Below, piece after piece: positions 1-7,950 of a stretch of DNA of 64,000 nt. Source of the stretch: an uncultured Gammaproteobacteria bacterium (GTDB lineage: Bacteria; Pseudomonadota; Gammaproteobacteria; SZUA-229); assembly GCA_963721085.1 (NCBI GenBank), contig CAVRHW010000031.1:65782-129781 (forward strand), given 5' to 3'. Made by a program: the position numbers and the translations under genes. Within the stretch, counting starts at the first letter, position 1, and each line of letters opens with the position of its first letter. The notes below the pieces were generated by a model. That model did not search any database and was not told the origin of the DNA. It was given only the letters and a program-made list of their open reading frames with translations.

Positions 1-537
1 AATGTAAAAACATTGCCCATCGCTTTACGCATTTCAGCAATACTGAGATAGCGACTTTCATTGATCAGGTCCCAGTGCATGCAGGTCATACGATACACAT
101 CGCGCTGGGTGTTTGATTTGAGGTACATGGAAGTCGTGAAAGTCACAATGCTCGGGCCACCATCGGAATAAATGCCTGCTGTTCGTAGACTGGCGAACAT
201 GGTGGCTCGCGACGAACTCAGGTCGGTCTGGTCCATCACGCGCACAATATCGAAAGTGTCTGGCTGCACAGTACGCGCCCGATCAGACAGGGTATACAGT
301 TCGAATTTGCAGTGAGGATAGTATTTATTGATGGCCGAGTACGGCTTGATACTGCCGTCCTGCATATACACACCCAGGCTATTGGCGGCGACAGGAATGC
401 TCTGGTTCAGTATCAGCCTGGAGCCTGCTGGAACACGGGTAAATTCCGAGTGTTCGTCATAAGGGTGGCTCACGCAGGCCAGCAGCCCAAAGCCTGCAAT
501 CAGTATTAAAATCCAGCCTCCGCGAGGTTTCAACATA
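1..537 (-). CDS. putative lipoprotein; C-terminal end runs off the window (partial)
   Basis: Absent from the ORF track because it is open to the window edge. My translation of the minus strand from ATG at 537 gives MLKPRGGWILILIAGFGLLAC-VSHPYDEH..., a signal peptide with lipobox LLAC. I saw no stop before position 1. Confidence 0.55.
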
Positions 538-630
538 AGCCTTTCTCCACAGACCGCCGCCCTTGAAACGTACGGATTGACACCCATTTAGAATATAGTA
601 AGTCTTCTATTCTATTTATGAAAGGTCGCT

Positions 631-1071
631 ATGTCCGAGTATCGCCATATTGCCTGCCCAAAATGCGCCGCCAAAAACCGCGTGCCCGTTGCCAGACTGG
701 GCGCTGGCGGTAACTGCGGAAAATGCGGCACGCCTTTATTCAACCAGCACCCGATCGAGCTGACCACCGCCAATTTTGACCGCATGATCAATAACCATGA
801 CATTCCGGTGCTGGTGGATTTCTGGGCGCCCTGGTGCGGGCCGTGCAAAATGATGGCGCCCGCTTTTGAACAGGCCGCGCAAAAACTGGAACCTCAATTG
901 CGGCTGGCAAAGCTGAATACTGAAAATGAACAGGCGATTGCAGCGCGTTTTAATATTCGCAGCATTCCTACGCTGGCAATCTTTAAGAACGGGCGCATCA
1001 TCGCCCAGCAGGCGGGAGCGATGAATCTTGATGGTCTGTTATCCTGGGCACGCGCAAACGTTTCGCGCTAA
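631..1071 (+). CDS. trxC: thioredoxin 2 (TrxC type, with N-terminal zinc-finger extension)
   Basis: 146 aa. N-terminal CPKC...CGKC cysteine pairs are followed by a thioredoxin fold with the WCGPC active site. Confidence 0.9.
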   Translation: MSEYRHIACPKCAAKNRVPVARLGAGGNCGKCGTPLFNQHPIELTTANFDRMINNHDIPVLVDFWAPWCGPCKMMAPAFEQAAQKLEPQLRLAKLNTENEQAIAARFNIRSIPTLAIFKNGRIIAQQAGAMNLDGLLSWARANVSR

Positions 1072-2396
1072 CTCGCTGACAGAGTATCACGCATCGTGCG
1101 CAGCGCATCTCTGAAACGTTTCGGATCGAAGCGGTCTTCGTTGTCCAGCGTCCGGTAAAGCTCCTTGATTTCTTTTTTAATGCTGGCCTTGCGCGGATTG
1201 CTGAATGGCGCCATTTTGTCCCATGACACGGTCAGCGCACTGATCGCCATCGCAGCCTGTTCGGCAGCGACATAATTTCTGTACTCGCCCCAGACACCTT
1301 CATTCAGCAAACTCAGTGATATTTTCTGAATATCGTTTGCGCTGAACTTGTGTGGCATTATCTTCTCCTTGATCTCTTTTACCAGCGTCTGCATTTCACT
1401 CACTTTTTCATCCAGGGCCGCGTAACCCTCAGTCGAAGCAATATGCATTTCCTTGATCATGGTTTTAAGCTTCCATGCCAGCGCCGCATCGACTGGCACC
1501 GCAACGTTTCGCAGCATCAGCAAACTCGAATCATTAATGGTCACTACCCCCGGGCCAAGGCCGGTGCCGCGTCTTGGCGCCCAGGTTTTTTTCGACATGG
1601 AATGATGACAGCTCTGGCAATCGAACAGACTCAGTTCCGGGAACAGCTTGCCTGTTTGCATGCGATCACTTTTCAGCATTTTTAGCATTGCCTCGGCAGC
1701 GACCACCTGCCCAACCGCCCAGACCTTGACGTGGCTATACGCGATCTTGCGTTCACTATAATCCTTGTCCTGGACAAAATGTGGCGGCTGCAGTGCGCTG
1801 TAGGTATCCATCTCAAAGCTGATACGCGGATGGCCTGCGCCCATAATGTCATGACTGACAAACTGGTGCTTGTTGCCATAATGACATGACAGGCACACCC
1901 GGGTGCGCAGCACGATGTTGTCATTCGGATACAGGCCCTTCGCCACGTTATCTTTATGTGTGGCTTTTTTACTGGTGTGTGTTTTTAACCATTTCTCAGA
2001 ACCGCCGTGACATGCCTCACAACCGATACCGTCTTCTATGTGAAACTTTTTACCGCGAAATTTTTCGGCCACGTAGCTGGCATGGCAGACCAGGCAGGCA
2101 GGTTCTTTATAAGCCGGTTTCATCCCCAGTTTTGTCGTGATGTCAGTAAACTGTTTACCGAACATTTTTTTATACGACTGGCTGTGCGGATCTTTTCTTT
2201 CCCAGGTAATGTATTCGTTGTGCAAAATGTTCGAGTGCTGATAAGCCAGAACAGAACCATGGCAATTACTGCCCGCGCAGGTGGACACGCCTTCGTGCAC
2301 ATATCCGTCCTGCAGCGGCAATGGCGGCTCGCCTGCTGCGTGGCTTATTGTGCTGGTGAGCAGTAAAGCAAAACTGATGCATAGCTTATTTAGCAT
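1068..2396 (-). CDS. multihaem c-type cytochrome (4 CXXCH + 1 CX4CH) with helical C-terminal domain
   Basis: 442 aa. Signal peptide MLNKLCISFALLLTSTISHA. Haem motifs CAGSNCH, CLVCH, CEACH, CLSCH, CQSCH. The C-terminal ~170 aa are K/E-rich and helical, with no haem motif. The ATG overlaps the upstream stop by 11 nt. Confidence 0.85.
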   Translation of the reverse strand: MLNKLCISFALLLTSTISHAAGEPPLPLQDGYVHEGVSTCAGSNCHGSVLAYQHSNILHNEYITWERKDPHSQSYKKMFGKQFTDITTKLGMKPAYKEPACLVCHASYVAEKFRGKKFHIEDGIGCEACHGGSEKWLKTHTSKKATHKDNVAKGLYPNDNIVLRTRVCLSCHYGNKHQFVSHDIMGAGHPRISFEMDTYSALQPPHFVQDKDYSERKIAYSHVKVWAVGQVVAAEAMLKMLKSDRMQTGKLFPELSLFDCQSCHHSMSKKTWAPRRGTGLGPGVVTINDSSLLMLRNVAVPVDAALAWKLKTMIKEMHIASTEGYAALDEKVSEMQTLVKEIKEKIMPHKFSANDIQKISLSLLNEGVWGEYRNYVAAEQAAMAISALTVSWDKMAPFSNPRKASIKKEIKELYRTLDNEDRFDPKRFRDALRTMRDTLSAS

Positions 2397-5300
2397 TTGT
2401 CACCCTGTCGTTGACGGTCCAGACTTTTCCGTTTTTATCCAGATATAATTTCTGCATTTCCTCAAGAGTGAAAGGCCGGGAACCAAGACGCCCGAACACT
2501 GCGATCTGGTTGCCAGTTTCATCCACCGCCCGGTCACGATCAAGCCCCTTGGATAAGGACAGGGCCGGCGCGCCTGTCGGATAGGTCGCAATCAGTTGCG
2601 GGTGCGGTTGCGGACTAAAACCGTAGAAATCCGGCTGGCTGTCCGGCGATGTCATTTGCAGCACTTTCAGACCATTTTTACCGTCGGCAACATAACCGAT
2701 CAAACTGGCGTTTGTGGTCGCCACGATCACATCGCGCGCATCGTTTAATTTGCCGTCCGCGGTAAATAACTGCACCAGCTTCGGTTGCTCGGCTTTTTCA
2801 ACATCGATAATTGCAAGTCCCTGTTTACCAGCAGCGACATAGGCATAGGTCCGCGCCACATAAACACGGTGCGCATCTTTCAGTCTCACCAGCGCTCTGG
2901 TGATGCGCGGTTTGTCCGGATGGGTTACATCAACCACTTTCAGGCCATCTGCATCGGTGACGAACAGATATCTGAATTGCAGGCTGGTCGCGCGCGCTGT
3001 TTTGAGATTGATCACCGACGCCACTTTGGGTGCCAGTGGATTATCCAGATTGACTACCACGATACCGGCATCGGCTGCGATGTAAGCATAATAACCGCCG
3101 ATGGTGATATGTCGTGCGCCGTTCAGGATTCCGTTCGGGTTCCAGGTGAGCGCACGCTTGAGAAAATTATTACGCGCATCGCCATCGGCCATGGTATCTA
3201 CATTGGTTAAAATCAGCCCTTCCTTGCTATCGGTGATCAATGCGTAGTTATAGATGGGATGCATTGCCTGTTCTTCATCATCCACCCGCACGATCTTACG
3301 TGCATTGCGTACCGGATCGATCATCTGGTTTGTTGGCAACGCAATGCAGGTAGCATCACTGGTTTCTATATGTGTGTCGTGTCCAGCCGAGCTGTAAGGC
3401 GCGGTGATAATACGTTGCGCAACGCCCTTGTTGGCAATACTGGCAACATCGTATACCTGCACACCGTTCTTGCCCTGTGCTACGTATACATACTCGCCGC
3501 GTAACTGCAGACAGCGGGTCTCGCCGGAATCGTGCGTGTAGGCCTGCTTCAGTACCCGATTATTATCAAGGTGTTGTTGATAGAAATCCGGATACGCATA
3601 TTTCTGCAAATAGCTGCCGATCACTGCCTGCGGTTCATCCCATTCGGTCACGCGTACCGCTTCGATGTCCTGCTCGGTACCCACCCAGGCATTCAGGCCC
3701 ACAAAGTTGACAAAGTTGGTACCCAGCAATAACAACTGCGACATGATGGCATTGTTATCATCAGCATCCGAAATATGGCAATCGGTGCAGGTTTTTGTTT
3801 CTGTTAACCGTACAGTGTGTGGAAAATGCGGCGCGAAAGCCTGCGAACTAAAACCAGCGCTGGAAATGGGCGGCTGCTGCACATATATATGTTCACGATT
3901 GGCATTGGTCGATGACAGCACCAGCGCAGAGGATGATCGTACTGGCGCGATGCGACCGTCTTTTAACGGCCCGCGTTTGCCCAGCTGGAACATCTGGTCA
4001 CGCGCCACCTGTGGGTTATAAGTTGCGTAGTTCCGCGTCTCGCCACCTTCAAAATGCAGGCGCGGTGTTTTGTTGTTGGCTTCTATCGGCAGATGACAGC
4101 CGCCGCAACTGGTGGTCCATGAAGTATGACAGGAATAACATGTCATTTTGCTGTTGCTGTGCGCACGGTCCTTCGGTTTAACGCCCAGCCCCCAGGCCTG
4201 GGTGCTGGTGTTTGTGCTCATTAGTTTGGCGCGCGCGGATCGTGCATTGTAATGTTTACTTTTTGGATTCACCGCATCCTTGACCAGACTCATTTCCCAT
4301 TGCAGTCCTGGTGTCAGCATCGAGCGCTGGTACAGTTTTCCATTGATCCATTGAAAACGTTTTCTGCCATCGGGGTTGCGCAATAAAGTCAGATCGGTGC
4401 CACCGGGAGGGGCCGCCGGGCCCGAGGTGCGCAAACTGGGATACGCATCCGCAGTGCCATGGCAGTCCTTGCATGTGATCTCGACCGCAGCCGCGACTTC
4501 ACCGTGAATATTTCCGGTGCCATGACTGTCCTGTGCAAAATGGCAGTCAACACAATGCATGCCCTTGTCCATGTGAATCGACGCCATGTGCACGGCCTTG
4601 CGGAATTTATCCGGGTCCTTGTCATCCACGATCTTGCCATTCTTGTCGAGCAGATGGCCATGACGATCACGTTTGAACACCGCGCGGAAATTCCAGCCGT
4701 GGCCGTGATAATCCGCAAACTGGGTGTCTTTCAGTTCTGGATTCAGATCACGCACATTACGCAAAAAGGTTTCATCCGCCCATTTACCACGCGGCGCGGC
4801 GCCTTCCGGGTTGCGCTTGTAAACTTCACGCAGCTCGGCGGCGGTTGGATACTTCTGTTTTTTCGGCCACATGAACGGTGCATCGGATTCATAATCCCAC
4901 ATGGTGTAACCCATGAAGGTATTCATGAACATATTCGGCTGGTGCATGTGACAGGTCATGCACTGCGATGTCGGTATCGAACGCGTGAAGCTGTGCCTGA
5001 TCGGATGCCCTTCCTGGTGCTTCGGGATAGTAGGATCGATGGTCTCGGTAGTGCCGGTATGACCATCGATACTATACGGACCCGAATGTAACGGATCGCG
5101 ATCATTAGCGTATACGCTGTGGCAGCCTGCGCAACCCGATTGACGATAATCACCCGGCTGATCGTTGGTACCCATAAACCACATATGTGGATCATTCAAA
5201 CGTGTTTTGGTGAGATTGATCAGCGGTACCGCAATACGTCCCCCGGTGCCAGGGCCGCGATTGGACTGTTTAAAATCCGGGCGACCATCTTCTTCCAGTT

Positions 5301-6129
5301 TTTGCAATTCGCCTGATACGTTTGGAATACCGACTTCGGGAAATACATTGCCGAGGTTGCGGCCGCCATTTTCAAACACGCGGAAAATATCGGCAGGGGG
5401 CGTGACTTCCCAGGCAGGCAAAGGATAGAGCGCCGGCAGCACGCCTCGCGCCAGCATTTTTGCATCGGGCTCCTGCGGATTCAGGATCTCGGCAGGCGTG
5501 CCATCGCGCATATAGCTTTCACCCAGAATGTAATGCTTCAGCGGCAGGATGCCGTTGTTATAAGACGCGCCGCCCCAGAGCATCGCCGAGGTACTCATTA
5601 AACTACGTTTTGCCGCATCGATGATTTGCTGGTGACAGGCACCACAGGCTTCATCGGCGACACGGTAATCTGATGGATTAACAAAACGAACAAACTCGGG
5701 GCTTTCGCGATTCAACAAGGTGTAGCTGCTGCGCGGATTGGCACTCGACGGCAGATGCCAGGCATCAGGATAGCGCGGCAGCACATGCGCTTTTTCCATG
5801 GCCCGCAAATAAGCGACGTCTTTCTGTTTTGTGCCAGTCGGTTTTAATATCTTACTATCGCCGCCATGACAGTCGATACAGGCCAGGTTCACGTCTCCGC
5901 TTGGGTGCATCGTGGGCGAATCGGTTTTCGTGTGGCAACTCACACAACCCGTGTTTTTGGCGTCTACCTCTGCGGGCAACTGCGAAGCCGGTGCGTTCGG
6001 CGCAGTGACATAATGTCGCTCGACAGGATGTTCACCTTCCGATGCATAAACATTCATCACAGGCATTAGCAGGCCTATGCAGGCACAAAGCGCTAACCGT
6101 TTTAATACTATGTAAGTTCTATATTTCAT
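2386..6129 (-). CDS. decahaem c-type cytochrome fused to a C-terminal LVIVD-repeat beta-propeller
   Basis: 1247 aa with an N-terminal signal/anchor (LALCACIGLLMPVMNVYA). Ten CXXCH motifs: CVSCH, CIDCH, CGACH, CAGCH, CMTCH, CVDCH, CKDCH, CYSCH, CGGCH, CTDCH. The C-terminal ~430 aa carry repeated LVIVD-type blades (YVYVAQGKNGVQVYDV, YAYIAADAGIVVVNLDNP, YLFVTDADGLKVVDVTHP, YAYVAAGKQGLAIIDVEK, GYVADGKNGLKVLQM). Confidence 0.85.
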   Translation of the reverse strand: MKYRTYIVLKRLALCACIGLLMPVMNVYASEGEHPVERHYVTAPNAPASQLPAEVDAKNTGCVSCHTKTDSPTMHPSGDVNLACIDCHGGDSKILKPTGTKQKDVAYLRAMEKAHVLPRYPDAWHLPSSANPRSSYTLLNRESPEFVRFVNPSDYRVADEACGACHQQIIDAAKRSLMSTSAMLWGGASYNNGILPLKHYILGESYMRDGTPAEILNPQEPDAKMLARGVLPALYPLPAWEVTPPADIFRVFENGGRNLGNVFPEVGIPNVSGELQKLEEDGRPDFKQSNRGPGTGGRIAVPLINLTKTRLNDPHMWFMGTNDQPGDYRQSGCAGCHSVYANDRDPLHSGPYSIDGHTGTTETIDPTIPKHQEGHPIRHSFTRSIPTSQCMTCHMHQPNMFMNTFMGYTMWDYESDAPFMWPKKQKYPTAAELREVYKRNPEGAAPRGKWADETFLRNVRDLNPELKDTQFADYHGHGWNFRAVFKRDRHGHLLDKNGKIVDDKDPDKFRKAVHMASIHMDKGMHCVDCHFAQDSHGTGNIHGEVAAAVEITCKDCHGTADAYPSLRTSGPAAPPGGTDLTLLRNPDGRKRFQWINGKLYQRSMLTPGLQWEMSLVKDAVNPKSKHYNARSARAKLMSTNTSTQAWGLGVKPKDRAHSNSKMTCYSCHTSWTTSCGGCHLPIEANNKTPRLHFEGGETRNYATYNPQVARDQMFQLGKRGPLKDGRIAPVRSSSALVLSSTNANREHIYVQQPPISSAGFSSQAFAPHFPHTVRLTETKTCTDCHISDADDNNAIMSQLLLLGTNFVNFVGLNAWVGTEQDIEAVRVTEWDEPQAVIGSYLQKYAYPDFYQQHLDNNRVLKQAYTHDSGETRCLQLRGEYVYVAQGKNGVQVYDVASIANKGVAQRIITAPYSSAGHDTHIETSDATCIALPTNQMIDPVRNARKIVRVDDEEQAMHPIYNYALITDSKEGLILTNVDTMADGDARNNFLKRALTWNPNGILNGARHITIGGYYAYIAADAGIVVVNLDNPLAPKVASVINLKTARATSLQFRYLFVTDADGLKVVDVTHPDKPRITRALVRLKDAHRVYVARTYAYVAAGKQGLAIIDVEKAEQPKLVQLFTADGKLNDARDVIVATTNASLIGYVADGKNGLKVLQMTSPDSQPDFYGFSPQPHPQLIATYPTGAPALSLSKGLDRDRAVDETGNQIAVFGRLGSRPFTLEEMQKLYLDKNGKVWTVNDRVTNAK

Positions 6130-6172
6130 TTATAAAATAAATTCCAGTTCGCAGCTGAAAGCTTAGTTTTAC

Positions 6173-6202
6173 ATCTGCGTACATCCGCGTTTATCTGCGG
6201 AC
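6173..6202. repeat. three phased 10-bp repeats (ATCTGCGTAC ATCCGCGTTT ATCTGCGGAC); single arm related to the palindromic element family at 30.9 kb and 62.7 kb
   Basis: Read directly in the 78-nt gap between the barrel gene and the decahaem/propeller gene. 22 of 30 positions are identical to 62751-62780 (ATTTGCGTGCATTTGCGTTCATTAGCGGAC). Confidence 0.6.
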
Positions 6203-6207
6203 AAGTC

Positions 6208-7950
6208 TTAATACCTGAACACAAAATTACCCAGCACGCTGTAATCCAGCGTATCGCCAAACATCTGTTTGTAGCCCTTGCCCGGTACCAGCACCGCGGC
6301 TGACAAACGCAGCACAATATTCTGGCTGTACAGGGGCCGATAAATACTGGCCAGCGAAACATCCCAGCCGATATCGTTGCTGATATTACCCTGATTCCGC
6401 GCTGCTTCGAGCACTGCGGTGTTATCAAACCAGAGATGATTAATATTGGTGGTGAGGCGCAATAATGGAGTCACGTCAAAATCCATTCCATAACCGATTA
6501 AACGTATGCCCGGGTTGGTAAAATTGGACTGCCCCTCTTCTTTTGAGGAACGCATCGAATTCAGCAGGCCGTTACGTCCCGACAGCGCAACACCACCGCC
6601 ACCAATATTGGCCACCGGCTGCCGAATCCAGAAACTGGTGTCCGCACCTGCAATCAGGGGATTTTCCAGAATCGAATCGAAACCGGTGGAGCGGTCATCG
6701 TAAGGATTTTTATCGCCACTACCGTATACCAGCGACAGGCGCGCACGAATCCAGTCGTAATCGCGGGCCAGTTCGGCCGCCGCAAAAAATGCGCTGATAC
6801 GTGATGGCTGAATACTGAAGGTACTGTGGTTTTCATTGCCGCTGACGTAATAAGTAGAAACACTAACATCAGTTCTACCAAAATGCCCGTCACCGTTATA
6901 CCCGAGATAAGTCACCTGGTATTCGCGCAACTGCTCGGTTCCGAGCGATGCCGGCCTGACCAGAAATCCGTTGTTGTCGTAATAATTATCTTTGTTCTCG
7001 CGATTGATGTTGTGTATCAACGACAGCTCAGAAGTGAAGCCAGGTGTCGGAAAATCCTGTCGATAAATATTCGCAACGAATACATCATCATCGCGCAGCG
7101 GTTTAGTCGTATCATTCAGTCCGCTGTTGGTGTCTTTTTCAATGCGGCGGAACCAGGCGATGTTGTACTGATAGATATTATTATCGCGGGTTCCAAAAAG
7201 GCGAATCCCGACCGGGTTGTCTATAAACAGGAAACCGCGAAAATCCGCGGTGAATGGTTGAACGCCTACACGCACACTGTCAAAGTCATAGCGCTCCGAA
7301 ACATTGCGCAAATGCTTGTCGATATACAGGTCCTGAATACCCACATGAGAATCCTGGCGCGTCTCACCCTGGTTGGGATCAATCGACAGAACGCGTAATT
7401 CCTCCGTGCGCACATAGTTTGAATTTACTACGGCAGTAAATCGGTATTCATAATCCGGTGGACGGAAAATGGTATCGCCCTTGTAATAATCTGCGCTGAT
7501 TATGAAGTTCTGGTTCAGCACCAGCTGGTCACCGCTGCCGATCACATCAATACTGCCGGGATTATTCGTGGTGGCAGGCCCCACCGGTGTCGGTAAACGC
7601 CGCGGCTCGATGACACTGTCAGAGATCAGTGACAGATCTAAAAACCAGTCATCATGAACTGGCTTATCGCCTTTCAGTGTGTTCTGGTGATAGGGGTCGT
7701 ACCAGTGTTCTTTGGTGACACCCAGGGTGTCGAGCAAACGCCAGCGATCGGGTACCGGTATCGACTCGCGTTTCAGATCAGGGCCCGGCGGTTCGATCGC
7801 ACCCGGATTATATACTGGTGCTGAACCCGAGGAACGTTCCGTGCTCGCACCCGGACGTTGCCGTTGCCAGTCATCATCTGCATGGCTTGCAGTCGCCGAT
7901 AATAAAATGGCGATGCTGATAGTTAATACGGATGCTCGCTTATTTACCAT
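6208..7950 (-). CDS. outer-membrane beta-barrel protein, function unknown
   Basis: This is the frame of ORF 6208..8091. My preferred start, ATG 7950, gives signal peptide MVNKRASVLTISIAILLSATASHA-DDDW. The sequence is long, rich in alternating-hydrophobic strands and in Y/F/W/G/N/D, and ends ...NFVFRY (aromatic C-terminus typical of OM barrels). The start overlaps the upstream stop by 11 nt. Confidence 0.7.
   Translation of the reverse strand: MVNKRASVLTISIAILLSATASHADDDWQRQRPGASTERSSGSAPVYNPGAIEPPGPDLKRESIPVPDRWRLLDTLGVTKEHWYDPYHQNTLKGDKPVHDDWFLDLSLISDSVIEPRRLPTPVGPATTNNPGSIDVIGSGDQLVLNQNFIISADYYKGDTIFRPPDYEYRFTAVVNSNYVRTEELRVLSIDPNQGETRQDSHVGIQDLYIDKHLRNVSERYDFDSVRVGVQPFTADFRGFLFIDNPVGIRLFGTRDNNIYQYNIAWFRRIEKDTNSGLNDTTKPLRDDDVFVANIYRQDFPTPGFTSELSLIHNINRENKDNYYDNNGFLVRPASLGTEQLREYQVTYLGYNGDGHFGRTDVSVSTYYVSGNENHSTFSIQPSRISAFFAAAELARDYDWIRARLSLVYGSGDKNPYDDRSTGFDSILENPLIAGADTSFWIRQPVANIGGGGVALSGRNGLLNSMRSSKEEGQSNFTNPGIRLIGYGMDFDVTPLLRLTTNINHLWFDNTAVLEAARNQGNISNDIGWDVSLASIYRPLYSQNIVLRLSAAVLVPGKGYKQMFGDTLDYSVLGNFVFRY

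Noticed and set aside
576-630. TTGACA upstream of trxC as a promoter
   Set aside because: There is no acceptable -10 hexamer at 16-19 bp spacing (TATAGT is only 11 nt away), so I do not report it as a feature.
6126-6428. 100-aa minus-strand ORF spanning the barrel/cytochrome intergenic gap
   Set aside because: It overlaps the 3' end of the barrel gene in another frame. It is Cys/Arg-rich with no signal. The gap is better explained by the phased repeat.
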